From Vicugna vicugna (taxonomy: Eukaryota), in NCBI GenBank assembly GCA_013265495.1, contig MU058009.1, forward strand, positions 2,730,001 to 2,794,000: a DNA stretch of 64,000 bases. Direction: 5' to 3'. Below, piece after piece: positions 51,227 to 64,000 of the stretch (position 1 is its first letter; each line of letters begins with the position of its first letter). The position numbers and the translations under genes were made by a program. The notes beneath the pieces are model-generated. The model searched no databases and was not told the DNA's origin. It saw nothing but the letters and a program-made list of their open reading frames with translations.

Positions 51227-51240
51227 GGGCCACCTGGCGG
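51227..51240 (-). promoter_or_regulatory. Candidate CTCF site
   Basis: Minus strand CCGCCAGGTGGC matches the CTCF core CCRCYAGRKGGC, at the upstream side of the CpG island. Confidence 0.4.
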
Positions 51241-53645
51241 GTCGTGCGGTTTTGAAATGACTAGACCCAGGCCCGTCTCGTTCCCTCGACACGAGGGCAC
51301 CTGGAAGTGCCCCAGAGATAACTCCTGTACCTCCCACATTCTTGACTCGCCTTCGGTTCTACCGCCACTAACCTGGCTTTCGGGGGCAGGGAGTGTGCGG
51401 GGCTCCGCGAAGGGACCGGTACTGTCCCTGGGGACTTTCGAGTTCTTGGTCTACTGCAAAATCGTGTGAAGTGTTGAGACTCTCAGGACCCTAGATTTTG
51501 GCGTCCTCGGGCCGGCAGGCCAACGCTGGGGACCGGGACCCGGCGGGCAGAAGGGCCCCGGGCTGCGGGCGGCGGGCAGAAGCGCGCTCCAGGCGAAGAC
51601 CTCGGGCGGTGCGGAGGAGGCGGAGTCGGGTGAGGCCTGCAGCGCCTCGGCGCCCGGAGCTTGCATACTTTGTTTTCTCACGCCTCCAGCTCTGACGCCG
51701 AGAGACTTCTCTCCAAAGGGCTTTGTGCATGGTGAGTTGACATCCCGCCCCAAGCAGAAAGAAGGTTTCTTCTGAAACACTTGTAACGTCTTACAGTGAT
51801 CTCCGCACTGAGAGACCAGCACCCTAGCACCCTCACTCTAGCCACTGAAATCTACTTGAGAAATCAAGGCCCCAAAAACCACGTCTCTTTCTAGGCCTTG
51901 GCCGTTTCCCACAGATTTTCAAGTATATGGAAGGTTTAATCCTCAACAGCAATTGTAATACACAGATTTCACTATTATTCCCCCGTCATTTTTATTATTC
52001 CCATTTCAGAGATGAGGAAAGTCAAAAAGACGCGTATGAGGCCCAGGAAGTTTTGTGCAGAGATTTCAAGGAGAAGGGAAGGTGGAGTGCTTACCCTGGG
52101 AGAGGAACGGCAGCGACAGAGCACGTCTCAGGAAGGGCAGGAGCCTGGAGTCCTGGTGGGGGTGTGTTAAAGTGTGTGAACAAGGTAACACCTGCAACAG
52201 TCGAAGTGGAAATAAAGCAATCAGAATTCCCGTCGACCTCTCCTAGGGCTTTTACTGGGACAGTGGATAAAAGACCACTAGGCAAGTCCTTACTAAGTGT
52301 TTCCCAAGGGACCGAGGTGGCAGCTCCATTTCAGGGCAAGACTAGCAGCCCTGGCACAAAATACAGCTTTTCTTAGATTATTCCCTTGTGTCTTCTCCCT
52401 TTTCTTTTTCATTCGACATTAAAAAATTACCATGCTCTCACCCCACTCCTACCCTGGGACTGGTGGGTCAATTAACCACCAAACTGCTGTGGGGCCCTCA
52501 GGGCACAATACTAGATACTTGAGTAGGGTATGAGAGACAATACAAAGATTAATTTTCTAAGAGTCCTCGCCTCTGTTTTGGCTTTGGGCAGGTCAGTTTC
52601 TGTGGCTTCTGCAGCCTCCCACCTTCTTCCTGGGCTAGCAGAGACTTGCCCTTGGGTTGGTGGAGTGTATACACCTTTCTTTGACACTAGGTTGAATAAT
52701 ACTCCTGGGAGGATTTATGAAACCAGAATCCTGCACACAGGTGAAACAAACAAATGTAGACAGTATGAGGAACCTTTAATTATTAACGTGGTGTGGGTGA
52801 TTCTGAGGAATTCAAATTCCAGGCAAAGAGGGTTTTCTTTCATCTGTGAACTTTTGGGGGGACCAAATTCTGGCAGAAAGCGACACCTGCTTGTGATAGA
52901 CCATCAGAGCTGAATGGGAGTTTTGTTATTTAGTCCACAAGTTATTTCAAAGCAAGAGCACTTAACAATTAACTGGAAGATCTCTAGTCTGACTTGGATA
53001 ATTCCAATAAAGGAGAACTCATTACTGTACCAGTCACCCTTGCTCCCTTCTTAGGTAGTTGCAGTTATATTAACAAAATTCATCTTGTTCCCCCATCTTG
53101 GGACTTGCACCTTTTTGAGTATCCCCATCTCATCACCCACGCAGTTGAGCAAGTCAGCTTCGCTACTTCACTATTGCACTACATCTCAGTTCCAGTCCTA
53201 AATCTGTCCATGCCAGTGGCCACCATCCTAATCTAAGACTCCCACCATGTGCCTGGATAATTGTAATACCCCATACCTGCTTTCCCAAATACACTCTTCT
53301 CTTTGTTCTCTGCATGGCAGCCAGAGTTATAATGCATAGCAGTTGTATCTCACAACAATGGCCTCCTATCGTCTTTGGGATAAAAATCTCAAACTTTTAC
53401 CATGGCTTTCACAGCTACATGATGTGGGCCTGTTCAGGACATAGCTTCAGCTTCAACTCTCATTATACTCTTTCAAGGAACATGCCAGCTGCAGATTTTT
53501 TTTTTTCAGATCTTCTAAAATGCCACACTCTTTGTTTCAATGCACACATCATTCTCTCTGTATATAAATACTTCATTCCTTAGCTAATTCAATTGTCACA
53601 TCTTTTCTACATATATATGTGCGTGTATGTAAATATATATGCATA

Positions 53646-54095
53646 CATTTAAAGAGAAAAACCACTGGCCCAAATGGCATCACTTTTGCTAAAGCCCATG
53701 ATACCAAACCTAGATTTAATACCTGACCTAATTGCGGTTTCGACCTTTAGGGGGAATGTAATCTTAACCAACCAGTTTGGAATTTTCTGGTCAGCACTAA
53801 TGAGGTAATCTGTCACATGGACCCTCTCCCACCCCAGGAGGTAGAGGCAATCTGCAGATAAGACCCTTGCTGTCCCTTCCCCCTACAACAGAAGATGTCT
53901 TTGCTTAAAAATAATCCTTTCTGTTCTTTTGCTGAAAATCCCTTGCCCCCACTCTTCTTCCTATAAAGCCTTCCATTTTGTACAGGCCCTCGGAGCACCC
54001 TTCTGCTTGCTGGATGGGATGCTCCCTGATTCATGAGTCGCTGAATAAACGAGTTAGAGCTTCAAATTTACTGAGCTGAATTTTGTTTTTTAACA
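53646..54095 (+). mobile_element. ERV1-type solo LTR (MER34/MER39-like architecture)
   Basis: About 450 bp with TATAAA at 53963-53968, AATAAA at 54044-54049 and terminal ...tttgttttttaaca. The 5' end is degenerate. Confidence 0.7.
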
Positions 54096-54099
54096 ATAT

Positions 54100-54375
54100 A
54101 TATGAACATTATGAGATAGAATTCACATGCCATGCAGTTCACCCATATGAAATGTGGTAGTTCCGTGTTTTTTAGTATCCTCGCAGAGTTATGCAGTCAT
54201 CACCGCAGTCTACTTTTGAGCGTTCTCATCACCCCAAGGAGAAAAACCCCTGCCCATTAGCAGTCACTCTCCCTTCCCCGCAGCTCCTCAGCCGAAGGCA
54301 AACACCAAACATTGATCTGTCTGCTCTCTGTCTCTACAGATTTGCTGATCCTGGACATTTCATGTAAATGGAATT
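54100..54375 (-). mobile_element. L1 3'-end fragment
   Basis: gagatagaattcacatgccatgcagttcaccc...cccattagcagtcactc...ctggacatttcatgtaaatggaat. Confidence 0.75.
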
Positions 54376-55281
54376 CATCTCTTTTTTTTTTTTTTTGGAC
54401 TACCACTCATTCAAGGACATCTCGCCTGTTTCCCCAGATTGCACTAGAGTCTGTGGTGGATATTCTTAGAGTTTCCTGCATTTCTCTAACACTCTTCTAA
54501 TTACCACTGTGATTCACTCATCATTCACCACTTCAATCCCAGAGCCTAGCATGGTGTCTAGCCCATAATAGCTCTTTGATAAATGTTAATAATGAATGGT
54601 GATTAGTGAAATAGATGAAATAAATGACTGTGGGGGCCAATTTTATCAGTTAGTAGAATGGCAACTTCCCAAGACCTGTGATGTCAGGGAAGAAGCTTGT
54701 CCTTCAATAGACTTACCCATTCCTCTGCAAGATGCCAGAATACCTGTGATTAAAGTCCCTCCTTTTGATTTTTGAAGACTCTTTAGGCCTTTAAGATACA
54801 ACTATTGAAATAGAACTCATCTTCTGAAGGGGAATTGGTGGTTTAGTTTTTTTTTCTTTAATTCAAGGAAGAAAGCAGTGATTTGGTCTCAGTGATTTGA
54901 TCTTAATGCTTTTGTCTGCTCTGAGCCCCACCTCCCCTCCCACCACAATGCTGCTTTTCTTCTTCACAGGATTCAAAGCTAGACTTCTCAAAACTGTTAT
55001 CTGCACTCACTGTTCCTCACTTTTGCATCTCCTTTACTTCTCATCCCCTCTAATTTGATTTTCCCTTCATTCCACCAAAATGTATCTCCTTAATGCCCCT
55101 GAATACATCTGTGTTGCTAATCCAAAGGGCATTTATTTTTACCCTCATCTTTTTGGACTTTTGAGCCCCATTTGGTCTGGTCGAGCACTGGCTCCAACTT
55201 GAAACACTCTCTTCTTTATCTCTGCTGACGTTCTCAGTGTGCATCCAGGGTTGAGAACTAGTGTTTATAGCATCTCTAGGC

Positions 55282-55464
55282 CAGTGGCTTTCAAAAATGT
55301 GGTCTCCAGACCTATAGCATTAGCATCACCTGTCAGATTGTTAGAAATGTGAATTCTTAAGACATTCCTAGACCTACTCAAATCAGCTTTGGCGTCGGGC
55401 CCCAGTGATCTGTATTTGAACTCTCCAGGTAATTCGGACCCTTCCTCAAGTTTGAGAACCAGTG
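55282..55464. mobile_element. MER5A hAT-Charlie MITE
   Basis: cagtggctttcaaa...agcattagcatcacctg...gttagaaatg...aagtttgagaaccagtg, with imperfect terminal inverted repeats. Confidence 0.8.
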
Positions 55465-55794
55465 CCCAGGCAAACCCATCTGCTCACATAAACTCTGTGA
55501 GCCATTGACTTTTGGGTGTACACCACTAACCCAGATCTCTCTACAGAGCTCCGGATCTGCCTGTCTGTTTCTACTTGGCTTGGTTGTCCCAGAGATACCT
55601 CAGACTCAACGTGTCCAAGACAGATGAATGGCCTTCCTCTGAAGACAGGATTCTTGCTCACTGTTTTCTAATTGCTAAAGCATACCACTTTAGATCTAGC
55701 ACAAGCATCAGAACCCCAGGGTCATCTCTGATACCTCCCTAACCCAGTCTATTTAAAAATTATGTCATTTTCACTTTCCAAATTTCTTTTAAAA

Positions 55795-56685
55795 TAAACA
55801 CCCTTTTTATTGTGAGAATTTCAAACATACAAAAAAAAAATAGAAAGAAAAGTGAAAAACTTTATAAACTTGTACCTAACAGCCAAGCCCCCAAATCCAG
55901 TCATTGGCCAGTGTTGCCTTATCCATACCCCCATCCATCTTCCCCCTTCTGATATTATTTTGAAGAAAATTCCAGATATCATATGATTTTCTATGTAAAT
56001 ATTTTAGTCTATATTTCTAAAAGAGACCAACTTTTAAAAAAAGTCTCGATGCCATTATCACAGTTAAAAACGATGATTTAATATAAAACTTCCAGTTAGT
56101 ATTCACATTTCCAACAGACTCATACATGTTACAATTTTTTTTAACCAAATGTTTCAGTGAGGAGTTATACTGTGTTTGGTTAGTACATTTTTAAAGTCCT
56201 TTGTATTTTTTTCTTTCTTTATTTTCCTAGTATTTTTTTTTTTTTAATTAAGAAACTAGGTTGTTTGTCCTGTAGTTTTTGCCACAAGCCCAGTTTTGTT
56301 AGTTGCATCCCCATGGTGTACTTTAACATGTTTCCTTGTCCTCTGTATTTTCTGTACATTGATGGTAAGATCTAGGTGTTTTTATCAGATTCAGGTTCAA
56401 TTTTTTGGCAGGATAACTTCATAGGTAGGTGCTGTATTTTTCCTTTAGGAGACACACAGTTTGCACCTGTCTCTCTTTTTATAATGTTAATGGCTGTTGA
56501 TGAATGATGTCTGCATCAGTTCATTCATTAGGAGTTTTAAAATGGTGATAAAATTCAATCATTTCTCATTTAGTAGCTGCAATGTTTCTACAAAGCGAAA
56601 TCACCCCTCTTCAGTTATTTGATTATCCAGTGGTATAGTTTATGTAAGAAAGCGGGATAAATGCTTGATTCTTTCCCTTTTACTA
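55795..56685 (-). mobile_element. Old L1MC 3'-region fragment
   Basis: ttttattgtgagaatttcaaacatac...gattattttgaagaaaattccagat...gggataaatgcttgattctttcccttt. Confidence 0.6.
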
Positions 56686-57269
56686 AGTATCTCTCAACCC
56701 TGTCTACTCTCATTTTCAACTGCTACCATTCCTGATCAAAAATCCTTAACCTAACCTCCAAGATTTTGAACCTTCAGTATCCTATTCATCTTGCAAAGTT
56801 CTGAATGATCTGGTCCCTTCCTGTTTCTCCAGCCTCATTTCATGCTATTTTCCTCCTCCTTTTCTCACTACCGCCAAGCCTCGGAGGGCCTTTGCACATG
56901 ACCCTTCTACCAGGAAAGCCTTCTCCGATGTCCTCTTCCTTTACTAACTCTTACATTGCTTTCTTAAGGAAGACTAGATTGGTGCTCCAATTGTAGCCTC
57001 TCATGCCACCTTCTACTTGTCCATAGCACATCTTATAGTTTGTATTATGATTATTTATTGATTATTTGGTTAATATTTGTCTCCCCCGCTAAACTGTAAG
57101 ATTCAAGAAGGCAGAGGCCATGTCTATTTTGGCATAATTTTTCCCCTAAGCTTAACTTAATGCTTGGAATATAGTATGTGTGCAAAAAAAAAAAATGTTG
57201 AATTGAGTAACACTGAATTGAAGTCAGATTTGGGGAAAATAAAACATTTGTCTTGATTTGTAAAGAGTA

Positions 57270-57490
57270 AAGATAACTAACACTTATTGAGTACAAGGTG
57301 ATATTCTAAGTTCTTCTAATATTCATTATAACCTTATGAAGTAGATATTGTAATTGTCTCTAATTGACAGATAAGGAACTGAAGTGATGTTAAGCCACTT
57401 GCCCAAGTTCGTATAGATTGTAAATGTCAGAGTCCGGATTCACGTCTAAGCAATCTGGCTCTAGAACCCAAGGTATCAGGTTAAAATCCT
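57270..57490 (-). mobile_element. MIR
   Basis: acagataaggaactgaag...taagccacttgcccaagttc...ggattcacgtctaagcaatctggctctaga. Confidence 0.65.
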
Positions 57491-60004
57491 AATATACTAC
57501 AGTCTGTAAGAATATACCACACAAATGTCTACACTGGAGAGGAACTGACCTCAATTCTTTGAGTCCTAAATTCAGAAATCCCAGAGAAGGGCTTATTGAC
57601 TTAGCTCAAGTACCCATCCCTAAAACAACTGAAATCCAGGCAGTGGGCAGTACAGGAACATGTAGCTTCCATGCCAGATATGTGAATGCTGAGTAGTAAT
57701 TTCCAGGAGGAGAGGGCCTGCCAGGCAGACAGTCTCATAGAGGGCACACACGTATTTCTTCCCCTACATCCAGTATCATAAATTCTCTTGTCCATATGTC
57801 CAAATGTCATAATACACCTTCCCCACGTAGAACAATAGATACCTTGCTTCCTCAATGAGAAACTATTCTAAGATATGACCAGCTACCACATTCATCTCTG
57901 ATTCCCAGAATTTCTATTAATAGTGTCTGGATATGATTGTACACAATTTTACAACCTATGAGATAAATAACAATTTTAATGACCCTAAAAACAGTAGAGT
58001 CACAATCTGTTGCAAAGATTCTAAAGTCAGCTCCTGCCGCATGAGAAATTACCTTGGGCCAATGATAACCTCCAAGGCCCTTAATAGGCAAAGATATCCC
58101 AGAGGCCACAGAAGAGAGAACCAAGCCAAAAACCTCAAATCATGTAGTTTATCAAAAACGTTTAAAACACAGTGAGAAGTAAGGGGAGAGAGGTGGTGTA
58201 GAAGAACACACTTTGAATAAGTCTAAAGCGGGATAGAAGAACCACACCACCTGAATCTGGACTATGCAATGTTCATATTCCTGTCTTTCCCCTGTTGTGC
58301 CAGCTTTCCTCTCTAGTGGTGGCGTTAAGAGAATCAGAGTTTAGTCTGAACAAGGGGGTCTCGCAGACTAAAGGGGCACGGAGCCATCATACATACCTGT
58401 CTGTTAGAAAGATGCAGGAGCGAGCATCCCTGCAACTATCTCTGTCTCATCAATTAGCCTGATGAGTAGCTGTGGTTTCATCTGCATTTCTTGGACATAG
58501 GACCAGTGGGACCAGAATGGTGTCATCTCTGGGTGGCTGACCTGAGACCTCATAAATGTTGGATGCTTGTGTACCTCACGCGTATTTACTGAATCATGAA
58601 TATTTGGTGCATCCTGTTCCTTCCTTTCCTTTCTATCTAGTTCAGAACACATCTGCTCTACTTCTTTTTATGTCTCCAACATTCCTCACATGCCACTGGC
58701 TTCTATACTCAGTTTCATCTAACCTCATTTCTTGTTGATCTTATTTTCTGTAGTAATCATAGAAAATTCCTAAATGCAACAAGCACATGTTGCAAACCTT
58801 AAAAATTGGGCAGAGTTGAAATTACCCTGGAAATCTCTTAAATTGCCTATAAAGCGCAATATGTTGTACGTATGAGCCACGTTGGAGGCTGACATGCCGT
58901 CTCACAGTAGGTCCAACCCCGTGGGATTTCCCTCCACTGTGGGAACAGATTTCTCACTCCTCTGTTGAGTACCAGAGGAAATCGTGGGTTTCTATTTAGC
59001 GACTCTAGACTCACGCTCAAGCCTGCTAAATGTCCACACCGTGAGAGGCACCCAGAAACTGAGCAACCGAGCAAATCACAGTCACATCTTCCACCTCCCG
59101 TTTACTCCGAGCTTCCGCTTGCTGAGCGAAACGACATTTATGCCTCTCTGAGGCCCACTTGAACTCACATGAGTTAAATTATGCTGTTCATCTAGAGAAC
59201 AACAAATATAAAACAATGAAAGACAAACAGGATATCCATAACTTAAAAAAAAAAAACTTTTAGAAGTGAAGGAAAGCGAAAGCAGCATACGGTGGTCACT
59301 GCTGCAGACCTCACATCACATGTTGCTGGAGGAGCTGAGTAAGGTGGAGCATAGGACCAGCCAGTCACAGGTGTCCTGTTGTTAATTCTCCTCCTTAATA
59401 ATGAAATAAGATCCCTACGGGTGGCCCAGGTTCTGTCTGCTGGGAGAGTTTTCCTTGTTTGTATGTCACAGGGCCATCCCTGAGAAGGAGCTGTGGGGAG
59501 GGCCCTCTGAGCGGGGCTGGTCTGTGCGTTTGAGCGGTGTGCTGTGCTCTTTGTTGATGAAGACATTTCCGTTGGGGCTTGTCTTAAGGACTGAGCAATA
59601 ATCACAGCTCACTCTGCAAGGATTTAATTTTTTGGTCAGTTCTGTTTTAAGACTTTAGTTAATGGCCTATTGCTTTCATTTTGGAGGACAGTGTCAGTAA
59701 CCCAATCTAGAAATCATTTGTGGTTAGGTGTGTGATGTAATAATTTGCCAAACGTGTAACAGATGATCATCCTTGGATCAATGAAATACAGCCCAGTGGT
59801 GGGTAATAAAAAACCAGAACTCCCACAATAGCCAGCTAGATAGGGGAAAAGATGTTCCCAGCTCCCTTAAGTGTGCTCTTAACACTGGCTGGTAGTCACG
59901 CTCCATTTTCCTAATCAATCCATTCTTTTGCTTTCCTGCATGACTATTTCCTAACATCACCTCTTCTGTCAAACCTGTAATACCTTCTTTGCTCTTACTC
60001 ACAA

Positions 60005-60844
60005 GTGATGACTCGTAACATGAACGACCACAGATGTAGTGGCTTAAATCAACAAAAGTTTATTATCTTTTAGTTCTACAGGTCAAAACTTTGCCACAGG
60101 TCTCACTGGGCTAAAATCAAGGTGTAGGCAGAACTGTGTCCCTTTCTGGAAGCTCAAGGGCAGAACCCACTACTTTACCTTTTCTGAGTTCTAGAGGCCC
60201 CCTGCATTCCTTGGCTCATGGTCTGCTGTCTGTAAAGTCAACAACTCTGTGACCCTATTGTCATTGTCATATGTTGCTCTGATCCAATTTTCTGCTTCCC
60301 TCTTCCACTTTTATTTTTAGTAATAATTTTATTGAAGATCTAGTTCACATACTATACATTCACACATTTGAAGTGTGTAATTCGATAATCTTTAGTATAT
60401 TCACAGAATTGTGCACCTTTCACAACCAATTACAGAACAATTTTCATCACCCCCAAAAGAAACCCTGTACTGTTTAGCAGTCAGCTTTTACTCTCTCCAC
60501 CGCTATACCCAGGCAACCACTAATTTATTGTTCTTATGGACTTACCTATTCTGGACATTTCATATAAGTGGAATCATGTAATACATGCTCTTTTGTGCCT
60601 GTGTTCTCTTACTTAGTGTGTTCTCAAGTTTCCTCCATGTTGTAGCATGTAGCAATATTCATTCACCTCTTCCACTTCTAAGGACTCATGCAGTTAGATT
60701 GGGCTACCCAGATAATCCAGCAAAATCTTCCCATCTCTTCCTTTAATCACATCTGCAAATTCAGTTTGGCCATGTGAGCATTCACAGGTTCCAGGGATTA
60801 GGACGTGGACATCTTTGGTGGGGGTCATTACTCTGTCTGCCACA
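60005..60844 (-). mobile_element. MLT1C-type MaLR LTR split by an L1 insertion
   Basis: ggcttaaatcaacaaaagtttatt...gggctaaaatcaaggtgtaggcag...cctcttccactt / taaggactcatg...ggttccagggattaggacgtggacatcttt. Confidence 0.8.
60311..60665 (-). mobile_element. L1 3'-end fragment nested in MLT1
   Basis: Antisense L1 3' end flanked by TSD CCTCTTCCACTT at 60299-60310 and 60666-60677. Confidence 0.85.
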
Positions 60845-60959
60845 ATGGCCATCCTTCCTATTTCAGAGAGACCAGACAAGCAGTCAGAGGAGAATGTTGA
60901 CATTTGGCTGTCAAGAATAATGCTGTTATGAACATTGACATACAAGTATCTACTTGAGC

Positions 60960-62300
60960 CCATTCTCTTAAATCCACTCCAGTTAGGCTTTTGCTCCCTC
61001 CATTCCCACCCAAACTACTTTTGTCCAGGTCACTGATTACCTCTGGATTGCTATAGCCAATGGTCAGTTCTCCATCCTCTTTTTACTTAGTGCCATTTGG
61101 CTGAGCTGATCATTGCCTCCTTGAAATGTTCTTCATGTGACATTCAGGACAGCACCACACACTCCATTTTCCTCCTACCTCTCTAGACATTCTGTCTTAG
61201 TCTCCTTTGCTAATCCCCCTCAGGCCCTGGACCTACTCTTTTTTCTATTTGCACTCACTCCCTTGGTGGTGGTATCATCCTCTCTTACAGCTATAAGTAT
61301 ACTGACAACTTCCAAATTTATATCTCCTGCTTGGACGTCTCCCTTGAATGTCAGACTCCAGTGACCTACTTGACATCTCCATTTGGATATTAAGTGGGCA
61401 TCTTAGATTTAACATGCCCCAAACTAAATTCCTGATCATCCTTATTCTCCTCATCAAAACCTAATCCTCTCAGTATTTCTTAACAAATTTCCTGGATCTC
61501 TATCCTTTTAGTTGCTTAGGCAAAAATCTTGGAATCATACTTGATTCCTATATTTGTCTCCCACTTCACATCCAGTACATTAATAAATACTGTTGGCACT
61601 TTCTTCAAAATATATACAGAATTTGATCATTTTTCACTATCTTCACTGTTGCTACCTTGATACAAGTCACCAACATCTCTTGCCTGGATTATTTCCATAG
61701 CCTTCTAACTTGTCTCCTTGAGTCTGCTCTTACCTTATTTAGTTAATTGTCAACACAGCAGCAGAGGGAGGCCATTAAATTTTAATATCTCATGTCATCT
61801 CTCTACTCAAAATCCTCCAAAGGCTTTCCATCTAATTTAAAGTGAAATTCAATGTCCTGGTAATGACTTACAAGGTCCTACACAATCTGACCCCTCATTA
61901 GTTCTCTGGCCTTATCTCCCATGGTTCTCTATGTCACTCACCTCTCTTTAGCCATCCTGGCTTCATTGCTTTCCTCAGACACACACGGCACATCTCCGCC
62001 TCAGGGCCCTGCACTTTCTATTTCCTTACTCCCTCACCACCTTTATTAAGATGCCACATTTTCAGTGAGAACTTTCCTGATGACCATTTTTAAAATTGTC
62101 ATCCTGCCAGCATTTTACTTTTCTTCATTCATCATACCTAAAACTTTCTAAGATACAGTGCAATTCACTTACTTATTTTGTTCATTGTTTTCTCTGTCCA
62201 GTAGAATATAAACTATACAGTGCAAGGATTTTTGTTTCTTTTGTTCATTGATGGATACACGGGACCTAGAATATTGCCTGGCAGTATTCTACCATGAGTA
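60960..62300 (+). mobile_element. L2a fragment
   Basis: ccactccagttaggctttt...gacctacttgacatctccatttggat...catctcttgcctggatta...tagaatataaacta. Confidence 0.75.
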
Positions 62301-62614
62301 GAGTACATGACAACATGTACTCTAAACATTTTAGTGACATGAAAAACCAAATTTGATACAAGTCACATATGAGGGCAGTAAGTTGATGGTGAAGGCATTG
62401 AAGTAGGGAGCAAAGTTACCTGCTGGGAGCAAGGTAGGGCTATGGTGCATGGCTTGAAGAGAATGTTGCAGATTTGCAGATTTGCAAGAGCAGTTGTGGG
62501 AAGTGGGAAAGGCAGCACATACAAGGTCCCCAAGCCCCACAGAGGGTCTTGCTGAGGTTGAAGAAGATGCATTTGTGAGATTATCAGTCTGGAGATTTTC
62601 TCCAGAATATGATA

Positions 62615-62820
62615 ACAACTACATTTATTGAAAGTGTCAGGAGTTGTGCTAATTTTCACTATTTTGTTTTGTTCTCACAATAACTCTGAGATAGCTATTA
62701 TTATTTACATTTTACTGGAGAAACATGAAAGCTTAGATAGTTAAATAACTTGTCCAAGGTTACCCAGCTAGTGAATGGCAGAGCTGGGATTCAAATTTAG
62801 CTGTTTTACTCCAAAGTCCG
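62615..62820 (-). mobile_element. MIR
   Basis: tctcacaataactctgagatag...taacttgtccaaggttacccagctagtgaatggcagagctgggattcaaa. Confidence 0.7.
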
Positions 62821-63599
62821 TACTTGCACTGTGCACTATGTTTGTTATGGGCTTGGTATAAGAAAGAGGATTTTTCAGGTAGATCCAGTCTTGAATGTTG
62901 CTCAGGTGGGTGAGGCAAAATAAGAGGCCTACAGTGTTAGGTTGTAGGAAGCAGAATGGTTGAATGGTGTGCTGTGGATTCTAGGCTGGATTGAGGTGGT
63001 ACCATAGCCATGAATGGAGTAAGTTTCCTGGTAGAAAATGGAGAAATGAAGGAATTGGAGGTAAGAAAGAAGTAGCAATGCAGGGGAGCTGCCAGTTTTA
63101 CCATCATGGCAGAATGAAGAATGAGGAACTTCTCCACTGCAAAGACATAGAAAACACGTACCTGGTCCAAAAGTGAAGGAGGAACTAAAAGCTAGATCTG
63201 TAAACCTGATGTACCAGCCGGGGAGGTAAAGGCTGGTACTGGGCTCCTAACACTTATACAAAGATAAGAGACAGAGCCTTAAGGTAGAACAAGGCAGGAA
63301 GCTGGAGCTGAGAGCCCTAAATCAAGCCAGGACTCTGGTGAAGTTACCCCTCAATGAAAGTGGGAGCTAAAATTCCCAGGGAAGTAATAAGGAAATGTGT
63401 TTATATGCCATTCCTATCAAAATGTTCAGATTTTGAATCTGCATGTGCCTTATTCTTGTTAATGGGATTCCTGAAGAGGAGATATCAGTATGAAGGCTAA
63501 TCCTGGATAGCTTGTTGTCCTGGACAGTGAAATCCTTTTTGTGCCTGGAAGGTGCAAATATAAAACCACTATGTATCACACTTCCATAATCTAGGAGAC

Positions 63600-64000
63600 T
63601 CATATAGGAAAACTAGTCCCTGTTGAAGATGAACCCATAGTTAAAATCCCAAACCATATGAGAAATGATCCACTATGCACAGCCTTATCAGAATCTAATT
63701 CTATCTGTAGAATTAGAACTCTGAAAACTTGTTTTTATAAAACTCTTGAAAATATTATAAAATAATTATTTTGAAAATAACTAAAGAGATGAAAGAAGAT
63801 ATAGAAATCATAAGAAAAAAACAGGACTCTGTGAAAATAGACCATGTAGATTTGAAGAAGAACCAAATGGAACTTCTAGAAATGAAAAATATTTCCTTTG
63901 AAATTAAAACTGAGTAAGTGAGTTCAACTATAGACTAACACATTAATGAATCGTTTGTGAACTGGAACATAGCTGTAAGGTAACTATCTAAAAGATTGCA
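63600..64000 (+). mobile_element. Degenerate L1 ORF1-region fragment, running off the window
   Basis: gaagaaccaaatggaacttctagaaatgaaaaata...gaaattaaaact...gtgaactggaa. Confidence 0.6.

Larger units (their letters stand above)
49850..51700. promoter_or_regulatory. CpG-island promoter of ZBTB44, probably bidirectional
   Basis: Very high GC and CpG density. GC box GGGGCGGGG at 50548-50556, NRF1-like TGCGCAAGCGCA at 50678-50689, E-box CACGTG at 50793-50798, YY1-like ATGGCGGC at 50377-50384. Confidence 0.9.

Noticed and set aside
1..64000. CRISPR arrays, rRNA, snoRNA or miRNA genes, processed pseudogenes, or a second protein-coding gene
   Set aside because: I saw no regularly spaced repeats or recognisable RNA-gene or retrocopy signatures by eye. 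An Rfam/Infernal scan and BLASTX would be needed to exclude divergent ones.

Overview
Mammalian genomic DNA, probably camelid (inferred from two tRNA-Ala-derived Vic-1-like SINEs and no recognisable Alu, B1, Bov or PRE elements). The window holds an essentially complete ZBTB44 gene (BTB/POZ plus four C2H2 zinc fingers) on the minus strand. A CpG-island promoter and non-coding exon 1 lie at about 49.85-51.7 kb, with an 82-N gap at the likely TSS. Coding exons are at 30793-29776, 18609-18525, 16154-15991, 14638-14338 and 12613-12331. A small downstream exon (11734-11642) and a probable ~4.8 kb terminal 3'UTR exon (about 10182-5390) follow. I checked the splice phases of the coding exons by hand and they are consistent. 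The rest is old interspersed repeats: L1, L2, MIR, MLT1/MLT2 LTRs, MER5A/MER58, an ERV1-type solo LTR and a decayed ERV provirus in intron 2. I found no evidence of a wholly new biological system. The most interesting signal is the ZBTB44 3' end, where a stop codon overlaps a splice donor, the next exon can be read in two frames with opposite predicted NMD outcomes, and an internal donor switches the protein from four to two zinc fingers. There is also a possible BTB-only isoform made by intronic polyadenylation and a Kozak-context uORF in exon 1. Repeat family names come from recalled consensus sequences and their boundaries are approximate.
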